DNA from: an uncultured Gemmatimonadales bacterium
GTDB taxonomy: Bacteria > Gemmatimonadota > Gemmatimonadetes > Gemmatimonadales > GWC2-71-9
Assembly: GCA_963728915.1 (NCBI GenBank)
Contig: CAVSLV010000001.1
Location: 1,056,001-1,120,000 of the forward strand
Length of the DNA: 64,000 bases
Direction: 5' to 3'
The notes under the pieces are model-generated. The model was not told the DNA's origin and did not search any database. It saw only the letters and a program-made list of their open reading frames with translations. Both the position numbers and the translations under genes were made by a program. Shown in pieces: positions 47,641 to 56,073 of the stretch (position 1 is its first letter; every line of letters begins with the position of its first letter).

Positions 47641-49217
47641 TTGGCGACTCCGACGGCCCGGGTTTCCCGGATCACCGTGACCTTGATCTGGCCCGGGTAC
47701 TGGAGCTCTCCCTCGATACGCCGGGCGATCGCCTCGGCCAGCTCCTGCGCCTTACCGTCATCGATCCGCTCGGGGACGACGATGACCCGCACCTCCCGGC
47801 CGGCCTGAATCACATTGGCCTTCTCGACGCCGTCGAACCCCAGCGAGATCTCCTCGAGCTTGGTGAGCCGCTTCACATAGGTCTCGAACGCCTCGCGGCG
47901 AGCGCCGGGACGCGCACCGCTGATCGCGTCGGCCGCCTGCACCAGCACCGACTCGGTCGTTTCGTGGGGCACGTCATCGTGGTGGGCGGCGATGCAACCG
48001 ATCACCGCCGCGCTCTCGCGGTATTTCCTGGCCACCTCGACGCCCAGTTCGACGTGGGTTCCCTCGTTGTCGTGGGTCAGCACCTTCCCGACATCGTGGA
48101 GCAGGCCACCCCGCTTGGCGAGCGCCACGTCGAGGTGCAGCTCGGCTGCCATCATCCCCGCGAGCCAGGAAACCTCCTTGGAGTGCTCGTAGATGTTCTG
48201 GCCGTAGCTGGTCCGATATCGCATCCGGCCGATCAGCTTGATCATTTCGGGATGGAGGCCGTGAATCCCGGTCTCGTAGGCCGCCTGCTCGCCAAGCTCC
48301 ACCAGCTGGGCCTCGAGCTCGGCTTGCACCTTTCGGATGATTTCCTCGATCCGTCCCGGGTGAATCCGGCCGTCGGTGATCAGGGCCTCGAGCGCCCGCC
48401 GCCCGATTTCGCGGCGGATCGGATCGAAACAGGAGACCACCACGGTGTCGGGAGTGTCATCGATGATCAAGTCGACGCCGGTGGCCTGTTCGAACGCCCG
48501 GATGTTGCGGCCTTCCCGGCCGATGATCCGCCCTTTCATCTCATCGCTCGGGAGGGCAACCGAGGAGACCGTCGTCTCCGCGGTGTGCTCGGCGGCCAAC
48601 CGCTGGGTGGCGAGGGCGATGATCTTCCTGGCATCCCGCTCGGCCTCACGCTTGGCCTGCTCGCGGATCTCCCGGGCCAACGCGGCAGCCCCGGCCCGGC
48701 TTTCATCCTCGACCCTCTGGAACAGCTCCCGCCGGGCATCTTCCGCCGTCAGTCCGGCGATCCGCTCCAGGCGGACCTGTTGTTCGCGGAAGGCGCCCTC
48801 GATCTGACTCTCCCGCGCCTTGAGCGCGCCTTCCTTCTGGGAGAGGGCGTCGACCTTCCCGGTGAGGGAGCGCTCCTGCTGGGAAACCTGCTCGGTGCGG
48901 CGGGACAACTCTCGTTCCCGTTCTTCACTGCGGCGCTCGCTGCGATCGGCCTCTTCCCGGCGACGCCCCAGATCCCGCTCCGACTCCTCCCGCTGGCGCA
49001 ATACCTCCATGCGGCCTTCGAGAAGCGCCGCCGCCTTGGCCTGTTCCCCTTCATGGGCGGCGGCATTCAGGGTCGCGAGCGCCCTGGACTCGGCGTCCGC
49101 AATCAGGGTCGCCGCGTCGCGACGGCGCGCCTTGAGATAGACATAGGCGATGGCGAGACAGAGGGGCACTCCGGCAACGAGCCCGCCCAGGAGGGCGAGC
49201 AGGACCGTCGGGGTCAT
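47637..49217 (-). CDS. rny: Ribonuclease Y
   Basis: N-terminal TM, coiled coil, KH (KGRIIGREGRNIR), HD (LLHDVGK), ADAISGARPGAR. Confidence 0.96.
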   Translation of the reverse strand: MTPTVLLALLGGLVAGVPLCLAIAYVYLKARRRDAATLIADAESRALATLNAAAHEGEQAKAAALLEGRMEVLRQREESERDLGRRREEADRSERRSEERERELSRRTEQVSQQERSLTGKVDALSQKEGALKARESQIEGAFREQQVRLERIAGLTAEDARRELFQRVEDESRAGAAALAREIREQAKREAERDARKIIALATQRLAAEHTAETTVSSVALPSDEMKGRIIGREGRNIRAFEQATGVDLIIDDTPDTVVVSCFDPIRREIGRRALEALITDGRIHPGRIEEIIRKVQAELEAQLVELGEQAAYETGIHGLHPEMIKLIGRMRYRTSYGQNIYEHSKEVSWLAGMMAAELHLDVALAKRGGLLHDVGKVLTHDNEGTHVELGVEVARKYRESAAVIGCIAAHHDDVPHETTESVLVQAADAISGARPGARREAFETYVKRLTKLEEISLGFDGVEKANVIQAGREVRVIVVPERIDDGKAQELAEAIARRIEGELQYPGQIKVTVIRETRAVGVAK

Positions 49218-49271
49218 GATGTATCTCCGCACGCGGACGAAGCCGCGGGAAGGTCCGTCGGCTCGGGGGAA

Positions 49272-49592
49272 TCAGCCCCCTTTAGTCTTGCCGCTCCCGC
49301 TCTTGGTGGCGGGCACCAGCTTGGCCAGCCGATCTCTCATCGCGCGGAGCCGGGCGGAATCCGCTGCTCCCGGAGCCTTCGCGCGGGCCTGGAACAACTC
49401 ATCGGTCACGGCGAGCCCAGCGAGCAGAGCCGCCCGATGCACATCGACTGCCGGACCGGCGCTCCGGAATCGCGCCAGGATCGTTTCGAAGTACGCCGCG
49501 ACCTCGCGGGTGTATTCGGGGGAATGCTCCGAGCTGATGCTCAGCTCGGTCCCCCCCAGGGTGATCTTGACCGAATGACGCTCGCGGCTCAC
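49272..49592 (-). CDS. zapA: Cell division protein ZapA
   Basis: VKITLGG.EL, VAAYF, AALLAGLAVTDELF. Position in the pheT-zapA-rny cluster. Confidence 0.8.
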   Translation of the reverse strand: MSRERHSVKITLGGTELSISSEHSPEYTREVAAYFETILARFRSAGPAVDVHRAALLAGLAVTDELFQARAKAPGAADSARLRAMRDRLAKLVPATKSGSGKTKGG

Positions 49593-49852
49593 GAGGATTC
49601 TCCGCGGTCCTCGATGAACCGGAGCCGGGTCTGCAACTGATGGGTCATTTCCTTGGCGGCGCTGATCCGTTGCCGCAGCAGGCGATTCTCCAGCTCGAGC
49701 TGTTCGAGGCGCTGCCGTGATTCGCGGTCCGGAGTCCCTTTCGAAGGTCCGCCGCGAGTTCGAAGCCCCTGGAGCTCGGCTTCCACCGCGTCCAGCAATC
49801 GCTCGAGCTCGTCGAGCAGAACCGGCTCAGCTCGCGCGCGGGGAGACGTCAA
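49589..49852 (-). CDS. Small coiled-coil protein (ZapB-like)
   Basis: Heptad-rich sequence (LEQLELENRLLRQRI) between pheT and zapA. Start uncertain. Confidence 0.6.
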   Translation of the reverse strand: MTSPRARAEPVLLDELERLLDAVEAELQGLRTRGGPSKGTPDRESRQRLEQLELENRLLRQRISAAKEMTHQLQTRLRFIEDRGESS

Positions 49853-52214
49853 GGTTTCGCTGCAATCGGTCCAGGACCCGTTTCATCACGTCATCGACCT
49901 CGGCATCGCGCAAGGTTCGATCGGGAGATCGGAGAACCAGCCGGACGGCCAGGCTCCGGCGGCCGGGGCCAATCCCTGCTCCACGATATTCGTCGATCAC
50001 TCGCACCGACTCGAGCAACCTCCCCGCACCGCCCCGGACTTCATGTTCCACCTGCGCCGCGGAGACCGCGGAAGGAAGCACCAGGGCGAGATCGCGGGTC
50101 GCCGGCGGAAACACCGGCAATGGAACATAACGCGGAGGTTGCCGCGGCGTGGTGTCGATGACCAGCTCGAACCCGAACAACCGGCCGGCCCAGGGCGGCG
50201 CGTCGGCGTGGAGGGGAGACGCCGCCCCGGCATTCTCCTCCCCGGCCCTGGCGATCCAGCCATCTCCTGCGGCGCTGATCGCAGCCCCGGGGCTCGCCAG
50301 GGCTGCGGTGCGCTCGAAAAGCCCCTTGAGGTCCCAGGCATCGCAATCGCCGCTCGCCGGTCCAGACCCTTTGGGATCGGACCAGTGGGCGGGCCACCGC
50401 GACCCGGTCACGATCCCGGCCACAGCCGTCACTTCGTGGGGGCGCTCTCCCGGCGCCGAGGGTGCGAAGACGGTTCCAATCTCGAAAAGCCTGACATCCC
50501 GCACCTGGTTGGCCCAGTTCGATTCAACCTGCCGGATCAACCCCGGGAGCAGGGACCTCCGCAGGAAACCATGCTCGGCCGAGATGGGATTCAGAATGCG
50601 GACACTGCCCTGCCCCTCCTCCGGCCCAACCGGCAGGAGCATGACTTCGTAGAGACCTTCCGCGATGAGGTGGTTGCGGAGCTCCGAAGCAATCGAGACG
50701 ATCGGGGCGTCGATCCGGTTCCCGCCGCGGAAGGGCCGAAGCTCGTCGGGCAGATTCGGATACCCATGCAATCGGGCGACTTCTTCGACGAGATCGATCT
50801 CCTCGAGCAGGTCGGGACGCCAGCCGGGAACCTGGACCGCATACCGCTTCTCTTCCGGCTTGGGCGATACCACCGCGCCAACCGCCGTGAGGCAGCGCTC
50901 GACTTCAGAAACCGGCAGCTCGACCCCGAGGACCTGGGCCACCCGCTGGTGCCGGAGAAAGATGCGAAGCGGCGGGGCCGGATCGGGCCAGAGGTCAACC
51001 GGCTCACCATCCACCTGCCCGCCTGCGGTCCGGAGAACGATATCGATGCAACGCTCCAGGGCTTCCGGGATGGCCCAGAGGTCGGTGCCCCGTTCGAACC
51101 GGTAGGAGGCGTCCGTGCTCAGCCCGATGATCTTGCGAGCCTGGCGAAGGGGCGCAGGGTGCCACCAGGCGGATTCCAGAAACACGTCGCGGGTGGCATC
51201 GGAGATCTCGCTCGAGCGACCACCCATCACCCCTCCGATCCCGGACGGGCCGGCGGCGTCGGCGACGATGGTGGTTCCCGGAGGGAGCGGCCGATCCACG
51301 CCATCGAGGGTCATCAATCGTTCGCCGGGCCGGGCCAGACGCACCAGGAGCTCGGGTCCGGGAACCCGGGCGAGGTCGTACGCGTGAAGCGGCTGCCCCG
51401 ACTCGAACATGACGTAGTTGGTGGCGTCCACCACGTTGCTGATGCTCCGGAGACCCACCGCCTCGATCCGCTGGCGCAACCAGGCCGGGCTCGGCGCCAC
51501 CGCCACGTTCCGGATGACCGCACCGGTGAACCGGGCGCAGGCGGCGTCGGGTTCGATGGAGATTCGCACCCCCGCCGCGATCGTGGTGCGATCCAGAACC
51601 CGGCGAATAGCCGGCGTCCCGGGAACCGGCGTGCCCGGGAGCTCAGGAAGGCGCCAGCTCGTCCCGAAGGAGGCGGCGAGCTCCCGCGCAACGCCCTTAT
51701 GGCCCAGCAGGTCGGGCCGAACCGGCGCAACATCCAGCTCGAGCTGCTCATCCCCGAGCTCCAACGCGGCCAGAAAGGATGCTCCAGGGGCGGCATCGGT
51801 CTCCAGGGTGAGAATGCCGTCGTGATCGGCGCCCAGTCCGAGCTCGCGCGCGGAGCACAACATCCCCTCGGAGACCTCGCCCCGGATCTTCCGTTTCTCG
51901 AGTTTGATCCCACCGGGAAGCGACGAGCCAACCGGAGCGAACGGGTATTTCCGCCCTGCTTCGACGTTCGACGCGCCGCAAACGACATGAAAACGCTCCG
52001 GCCCGCCGGCATTCACGGTGCAGAGGCGGAGTCGATCGGCATTGGGATGCGGCCGCACCTCCTCGACCAGCGCGATGATCACATCCTTGAGATCCGCATG
52101 CAACGGGTTCACCGCGTCCACCGGCGCGCCAAGCAGGGCCAGGCGTTCCACCAGGTCCCTCGCGTCGAGTGGCCGCCGCAGGAAGGCCTCGAGCCATCGC
52201 CGGGAGACCTTCAC
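49827..52214 (-). CDS. pheT: Phenylalanine-tRNA ligase beta subunit
   Basis: HPNADRL, SEGMLCS, RPDLLG, DASYRFERG, DLVEEVARLHGY, FDX-ACB C-terminus. Confidence 0.96.
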   Translation of the reverse strand: MKVSRRWLEAFLRRPLDARDLVERLALLGAPVDAVNPLHADLKDVIIALVEEVRPHPNADRLRLCTVNAGGPERFHVVCGASNVEAGRKYPFAPVGSSLPGGIKLEKRKIRGEVSEGMLCSARELGLGADHDGILTLETDAAPGASFLAALELGDEQLELDVAPVRPDLLGHKGVARELAASFGTSWRLPELPGTPVPGTPAIRRVLDRTTIAAGVRISIEPDAACARFTGAVIRNVAVAPSPAWLRQRIEAVGLRSISNVVDATNYVMFESGQPLHAYDLARVPGPELLVRLARPGERLMTLDGVDRPLPPGTTIVADAAGPSGIGGVMGGRSSEISDATRDVFLESAWWHPAPLRQARKIIGLSTDASYRFERGTDLWAIPEALERCIDIVLRTAGGQVDGEPVDLWPDPAPPLRIFLRHQRVAQVLGVELPVSEVERCLTAVGAVVSPKPEEKRYAVQVPGWRPDLLEEIDLVEEVARLHGYPNLPDELRPFRGGNRIDAPIVSIASELRNHLIAEGLYEVMLLPVGPEEGQGSVRILNPISAEHGFLRRSLLPGLIRQVESNWANQVRDVRLFEIGTVFAPSAPGERPHEVTAVAGIVTGSRWPAHWSDPKGSGPASGDCDAWDLKGLFERTAALASPGAAISAAGDGWIARAGEENAGAASPLHADAPPWAGRLFGFELVIDTTPRQPPRYVPLPVFPPATRDLALVLPSAVSAAQVEHEVRGGAGRLLESVRVIDEYRGAGIGPGRRSLAVRLVLRSPDRTLRDAEVDDVMKRVLDRLQRNLDVSPRAS

Positions 52215-53296
52215 GCGGGCTCCTGACCCGCGAGCTGGCGGAGGAGACGCATGTCTCCTCCGTATTCCAGACGGATGTCCGGGATATCAAATCGTTGCTG
52301 CGCGGTTCGGCCCGGACCGAGCCCGAACGCCCAGCCGGTATATCGCTCAGGATCGACCCCGCAGTTTTCGAGGACTTTAGGGTGAACCATGCCGCAGCCG
52401 AGAAGCTCCATCCAGCCGGTCTGCTTGCAGGCCGGGCAGCCGCTTCCGTGGCAGAGCTGACATTCGACGTCGAGCTCGGCGGAGGGCTCGGTGAACGGGA
52501 AATAGGAGGGGCGAAAGCGGACCTTGGTCGAGGCCGCGAAGAAACGCCGCGCGAAATGGGTGAGGGTCGCCTTGAGATCGACGAATCCGATTCCCTCGTC
52601 CACCGCCAGCCCCTCGATCTGCGCGAAGGCGGGCGCGTGGGAAGCGTCCCAGGGATCGTTCCGGTAGACGATGCCGGGAATGACCACGCGATACGGCGGC
52701 GGTCCGGCCTGCATCACCCGGATTTGCACCGGAGAGGTGTGGGTGCGGAGGAGGAACCGGCCCTGGTCAGGCGGACGAACCGGTTCCCTGTCCGCCGGTC
52801 CGTCTGCCCGCCCGTCCGCCAGGTACAGCGTGTCGTGCATGTCCATCGCGGGATGGTCGGGTGGGAAGTTGAGGGCGCCGAAGTTGAGCCATTCCGTTTC
52901 GATCTCCGGCCCCACGGCGACCACGAACCCCAGCTCCCGGAAGACCCCGACGCAGTCATCGATCACCCGGGTGACGGGATGCCGCGCCCCGATCCAGCGG
53001 CCGCGTCCCGGCATGGTTCCATCGATCGTCGAGTGGGTTGAGGTGGACCGGTCGCTCGATTCCCGTTCGGCAAAGGCCGCTTCGAACGCCGCCTTGAGGC
53101 GATTCGCTTCGGCGCCGAACCGTTTTCGCTCCTCGGGGGCCAGGGTGGGAAGCACGCGGAGGGCGTGCGTGAGCAACCCCTGCTTGCGGCCAAGCACGGC
53201 AATGCGCTCCGCTTCCAGCCCCGCGGCATCCAGGGACGGAATGGCCGCGAGCCGGGGCAGGAGCGCATCGAGCTCGGGATACCCCGTGGGGTTCAT
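52211..53296 (-). CDS. pheS: Phenylalanine-tRNA ligase alpha subunit
   Basis: LLRTHTSPVQIR, FRPSYFPFTEPS, GCGMVHP. Confidence 0.96.
   Translation of the reverse strand: MNPTGYPELDALLPRLAAIPSLDAAGLEAERIAVLGRKQGLLTHALRVLPTLAPEERKRFGAEANRLKAAFEAAFAERESSDRSTSTHSTIDGTMPGRGRWIGARHPVTRVIDDCVGVFRELGFVVAVGPEIETEWLNFGALNFPPDHPAMDMHDTLYLADGRADGPADREPVRPPDQGRFLLRTHTSPVQIRVMQAGPPPYRVVIPGIVYRNDPWDASHAPAFAQIEGLAVDEGIGFVDLKATLTHFARRFFAASTKVRFRPSYFPFTEPSAELDVECQLCHGSGCPACKQTGWMELLGCGMVHPKVLENCGVDPERYTGWAFGLGPGRTAQQRFDIPDIRLEYGGDMRLLRQLAGQEPA
52770..52820. repeat. Short palindromic/tandem repeat inserted in frame within pheS
   Basis: GGCGGAC-GAACCGGTTC-CCT-GTCCGCC inverted repeat plus CCGTCTGCC and CCGTCCGCC copies. 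Confidence 0.5.
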
Positions 53297-53326
53297 GGCA
53301 GTGAAGCGGATATCCGCGAGCGCGCG

Positions 53327-53683
53327 CTACGCGGCTTTCGACTTGGCGATTTCCGCGATCCGGGCAAATGCATCGGCATCATGGACCGCGAGGTCGGCCA
53401 GCACCTTGCGGTTGATCTCGACCCCTGCCTGCCGGAGTCCAGCCATGAGACGGCTGTAGCTCAGGTCGTGCAACCGGGCTGCGGCGTTGATCCGGGTGAT
53501 CCAAAGGGTCCGGAAATCCCCCTTGCGCTTGCGCCGATCGCGGTAGGCGTAGGCGCGTCCACGCTCCACGTTTTCCTTGGCGGCCTTGTACAGTTTGCTG
53601 CGAGCCTGAAAGCCGCCCTTGGCAGCTTTCATGATCTTCTTCTTACGGGCGTGGTGGGCGACGCCGCTCTTCACGCGAGGCAT
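53327..53683 (-). CDS. rplT: 50S ribosomal protein L20
   Basis: [35 protein letters not shown]. Confidence 0.98.
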   Translation of the reverse strand: MPRVKSGVAHHARKKKIMKAAKGGFQARSKLYKAAKENVERGRAYAYRDRRKRKGDFRTLWITRINAAARLHDLSYSRLMAGLRQAGVEINRKVLADLAVHDADAFARIAEIAKSKAA

Positions 53684-53692
53684 GGTTTCCTC

Positions 53693-53887
53693 CTAGGCCT
53701 GGAGCAATCGGTTCACCCGCCGGAAGTCCGCCGAGCTGACCAGGGCGGCCTTGCCGAGCTGGTTCTTCCGCTTGCGGGTCTTCTTGGTCAGGATGTGGCG
53801 CTTGTTGGCCCGCCCCCGCTTGAGTTTCCCCGAGCCGGTGACGGTAAACCGCTTCATGGCGGCGCGTTTGGTTTTCTGTTTCGGCAT
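53693..53887 (-). CDS. rpmI: 50S ribosomal protein L35
   Basis: MPKQKTKRAAMKRF..TGSGK, HILTKK. Confidence 0.97.
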   Translation of the reverse strand: MPKQKTKRAAMKRFTVTGSGKLKRGRANKRHILTKKTRKRKNQLGKAALVSSADFRRVNRLLQA

Positions 53888-53908
53888 CCTGTCGTCTCCC
53901 GCGCCAGA

Positions 53909-54430
53909 TTACTTCGGCGCGATCACCATGGTCATGTTCTTGCCTTCGAGCCGGGCGTCGAATTCGACCTTGCCAATGTCCGCAAGCGACACGGCCACCC
54001 GGTCCAGCACGACTTTCCCGAGGTCGATCCTGGCCACCTGCCGGCCCCGGAACATCATCGTGACCTTCACCTTGTTCCCTTCCCCCAGGAACTCGCGCAT
54101 GTGGCGCAACTTGAAATCGAAATCGTGGTCATCGATCCCGGGCCGGAGTTTGACCTCCTTGACCTCGATGACGTGCTGTTTCTTCTTGGCGGCCCGTGCC
54201 GCCTTGGCCTCCTCGAACTTGAACTTCCCGTAGTCCATGATCTTGACCACGGGCGGACGCGCCGTCGGAGCCACCTCCACCAGGTCGAGGCCGCGGGCCT
54301 CCGCGGCAGCCAGCGCTTCTTCAATTGGCAACACCCCTAACTGCTCACCCGAATCTGAAATCACCCTGACCGGACTGATCCGGATCATGCGATTGACTCG
54401 GGTCCGACGCTCCCGTTCCGGTGTGCTCAG
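53909..54430 (-). CDS. infC: Translation initiation factor IF-3 (probable non-AUG start: CTG at 54430 or ATA at 54436)
   Basis: RVNRMI...VRVI, LDLVEVAP, KIMDYGKFKF, KEVKLRPGI. The conserved RVN motif lies upstream of the first ATG. GGAGG at 54443-54439. Confidence 0.9.
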   Translation of the reverse strand: MSTPERERRTRVNRMIRISPVRVISDSGEQLGVLPIEEALAAAEARGLDLVEVAPTARPPVVKIMDYGKFKFEEAKAARAAKKKQHVIEVKEVKLRPGIDDHDFDFKLRHMREFLGEGNKVKVTMMFRGRQVARIDLGKVVLDRVAVSLADIGKVEFDARLEGKNMTMVIAPK

Positions 54431-54453
54431 CGGTATAGCCTCCAGGCCAAGGG

Positions 54454-54590
54454 AAAAAGAAAAACACCCCGCCAGGCGGAGTGTTCCGGAACGCTCGCGA
54501 TCAGGCCGCTGGGCCTGTGAGCAGGTCGGGAACCCGTTCGCCGCGCGGCGGCTCGGGGTGGAGGGCCCGCTGGGCCCTCGCTTCCAAGTG
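54454..54590 (-). promoter_or_regulatory. Structured 5' leader with intrinsic terminator upstream of infC-rpmI-rplT (L20-leader-like attenuator)
   Basis: Several hairpins, then AACACTCCGC-CTG-GCGGGGTGTT followed by TTTCTTTTT just before the infC RBS. Confidence 0.65.
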
Positions 54591-54595
54591 GCGGA

Positions 54596-54624
54596 AGAGT
54601 AAGCGCTTACCGTTCGGCGGTCAA
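54596..54624 (-). promoter_or_regulatory. sigma70 promoter for the infC operon
   Basis: TTGACC-N17-TACTCT. Confidence 0.65.
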
Positions 54625-54634
54625 ATCAGCGCCG

Positions 54635-55147
54635 TCAGACCTTGGCCAGCTTGCTGTCGTAGCTCTCCCCGTAGATGGCCGGCACTTTGGCGCCCATCGG
54701 GCGCAGGTAGGTCGAGAGCTGGCCCCGATGATGGATCGAGTGGTTGAGCCCCAGCGAAAGGAACCGGATCGCCGGCCAGGTGAACATTCCGCGGAAATCG
54801 ACCGGCTTGAGAAGCTGCTCCGGAGTGGCCCGGGTAAGGAGATCGAAATTTCCGGCGAAGCGAGCCTCGTACCACTCCGCAATCTCGACCGGAGTGACCA
54901 CCGATTCGGGCAGGTCGTTCTTCAGATCGAAAATCCCCGCGGTCACCGTCTCGTAGAAGCGGTTTTCGGCAAGCGCGATGTGGCGGACCAGCTCGATCGC
55001 ACTCTTGGCGTGCGGATCAGGCCGATAGTCCGCCCGATCCGCCGGAACCGCCCTGAGGACCGTGGCTGTCGTGCGGCTTTCCGTTTTGATCCCGCCGAGC
55101 TGGTACTGCAGGATCTGGGTCGCCTGATCCGGGGTCAGCGTCATCAT
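54635..55147 (-). CDS. DinB family protein
   Basis: ELVRHI, NHSIHHRGQLSTYLR, VPAIYG. GGAGG RBS. Confidence 0.88.
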   Translation of the reverse strand: MMTLTPDQATQILQYQLGGIKTESRTTATVLRAVPADRADYRPDPHAKSAIELVRHIALAENRFYETVTAGIFDLKNDLPESVVTPVEIAEWYEARFAGNFDLLTRATPEQLLKPVDFRGMFTWPAIRFLSLGLNHSIHHRGQLSTYLRPMGAKVPAIYGESYDSKLAKV

Positions 55148-55236
55148 ACCGATCCTCCCGCAATCCACTTCGAGTTGGCGAATGATAGTTACTCTTCCAT
55201 GGGGAAGGGTCGGTCGAGCACCAAGCGGAGATCCCA

Positions 55237-56073
55237 ATGCTACCGTCGCGATCACTGGTGGTGTGCGGCATGATCATCGGCGCCGTTGGCGCCCTCGCGA
55301 GGCAGCAAGCCACGCCGTCCTGCTGGTCCTCCGCCGGACGGCCCCGGGACCGGGCCGCGCAGCAACTTCCCAACGGCTTTCGGGCGGTGGTGGAACGCTC
55401 CGCTGATTCCCTGGAGGTTGAAACCGGCTGCTCGGTACGGCTCTTTCAGGGCAATCGGGTGGTCTGGTCAGCGCAGGGATTCGGCACCAGGATCGAGCCC
55501 GAATCCGGCCGGGATCTCGACGGCGACGGGGTTCCCGAGGCCGTGTTGAGCGTTGACGTGGGGGGCGGCAATCGTTGCTGCTGGAGTGCCACCATTCTCC
55601 GGCTCGCGCTGCCGGTCGACTCCCTTCCCCTCGGCTTCGATCCTGATCTGCTCACCGGTCCGGACGGGATCACTCTGATTGGGGAGTGGCAGGCGGATTA
55701 CGGGCTTGGTCGCAGTATGGCCGAGGCCCCCGCCGTGCTGCGAGTGCACCGGTTGAAGGAGGGTCGTCTGGTGAACGTCACTCGGGAGTACTGCCCGGTC
55801 CTCCTGGGAAGCCGGGAGGAACCTTCCCTGAAGCGCTGGCGATTCGAGCGACCGCCTCCTGAAGTCCTCGCGCGCTCCAGGAACACCTCGGTGCCGGTGC
55901 CTGAGGATGTCGAGCAAGTCAGGGCCGAGGTGGTTCCGCTCGCCCTCCAGCACATGGTGTGCGGTGAGCTCGACAGCGCGCAGGCGCTCATCACAGCCAC
56001 CTGGCCACCGCTTCAAGCCGATTCGGTCCGGCGCCTCCTCGAACGATCCCCCATCGGGCAGCCAGAGCGGTAG
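55237..56073 (+). CDS. Hypothetical exported protein
   Basis: Signal-peptide-like N-terminus, DLDGDGVPE motif, GGNRCC. Fills the gap between flanking genes. Confidence 0.6.
   Translation: MLPSRSLVVCGMIIGAVGALARQQATPSCWSSAGRPRDRAAQQLPNGFRAVVERSADSLEVETGCSVRLFQGNRVVWSAQGFGTRIEPESGRDLDGDGVPEAVLSVDVGGGNRCCWSATILRLALPVDSLPLGFDPDLLTGPDGITLIGEWQADYGLGRSMAEAPAVLRVHRLKEGRLVNVTREYCPVLLGSREEPSLKRWRFERPPPEVLARSRNTSVPVPEDVEQVRAEVVPLALQHMVCGELDSAQALITATWPPLQADSVRRLLERSPIGQPER

Noticed and set aside
49218..49271. 6S RNA at its common position after zapA
   Set aside because: The gap is only ~54 nt, too short.
52420..52465. CxxC...CxxC in PheS
   Set aside because: Known zinc-finger-like insert in many bacterial PheS proteins.
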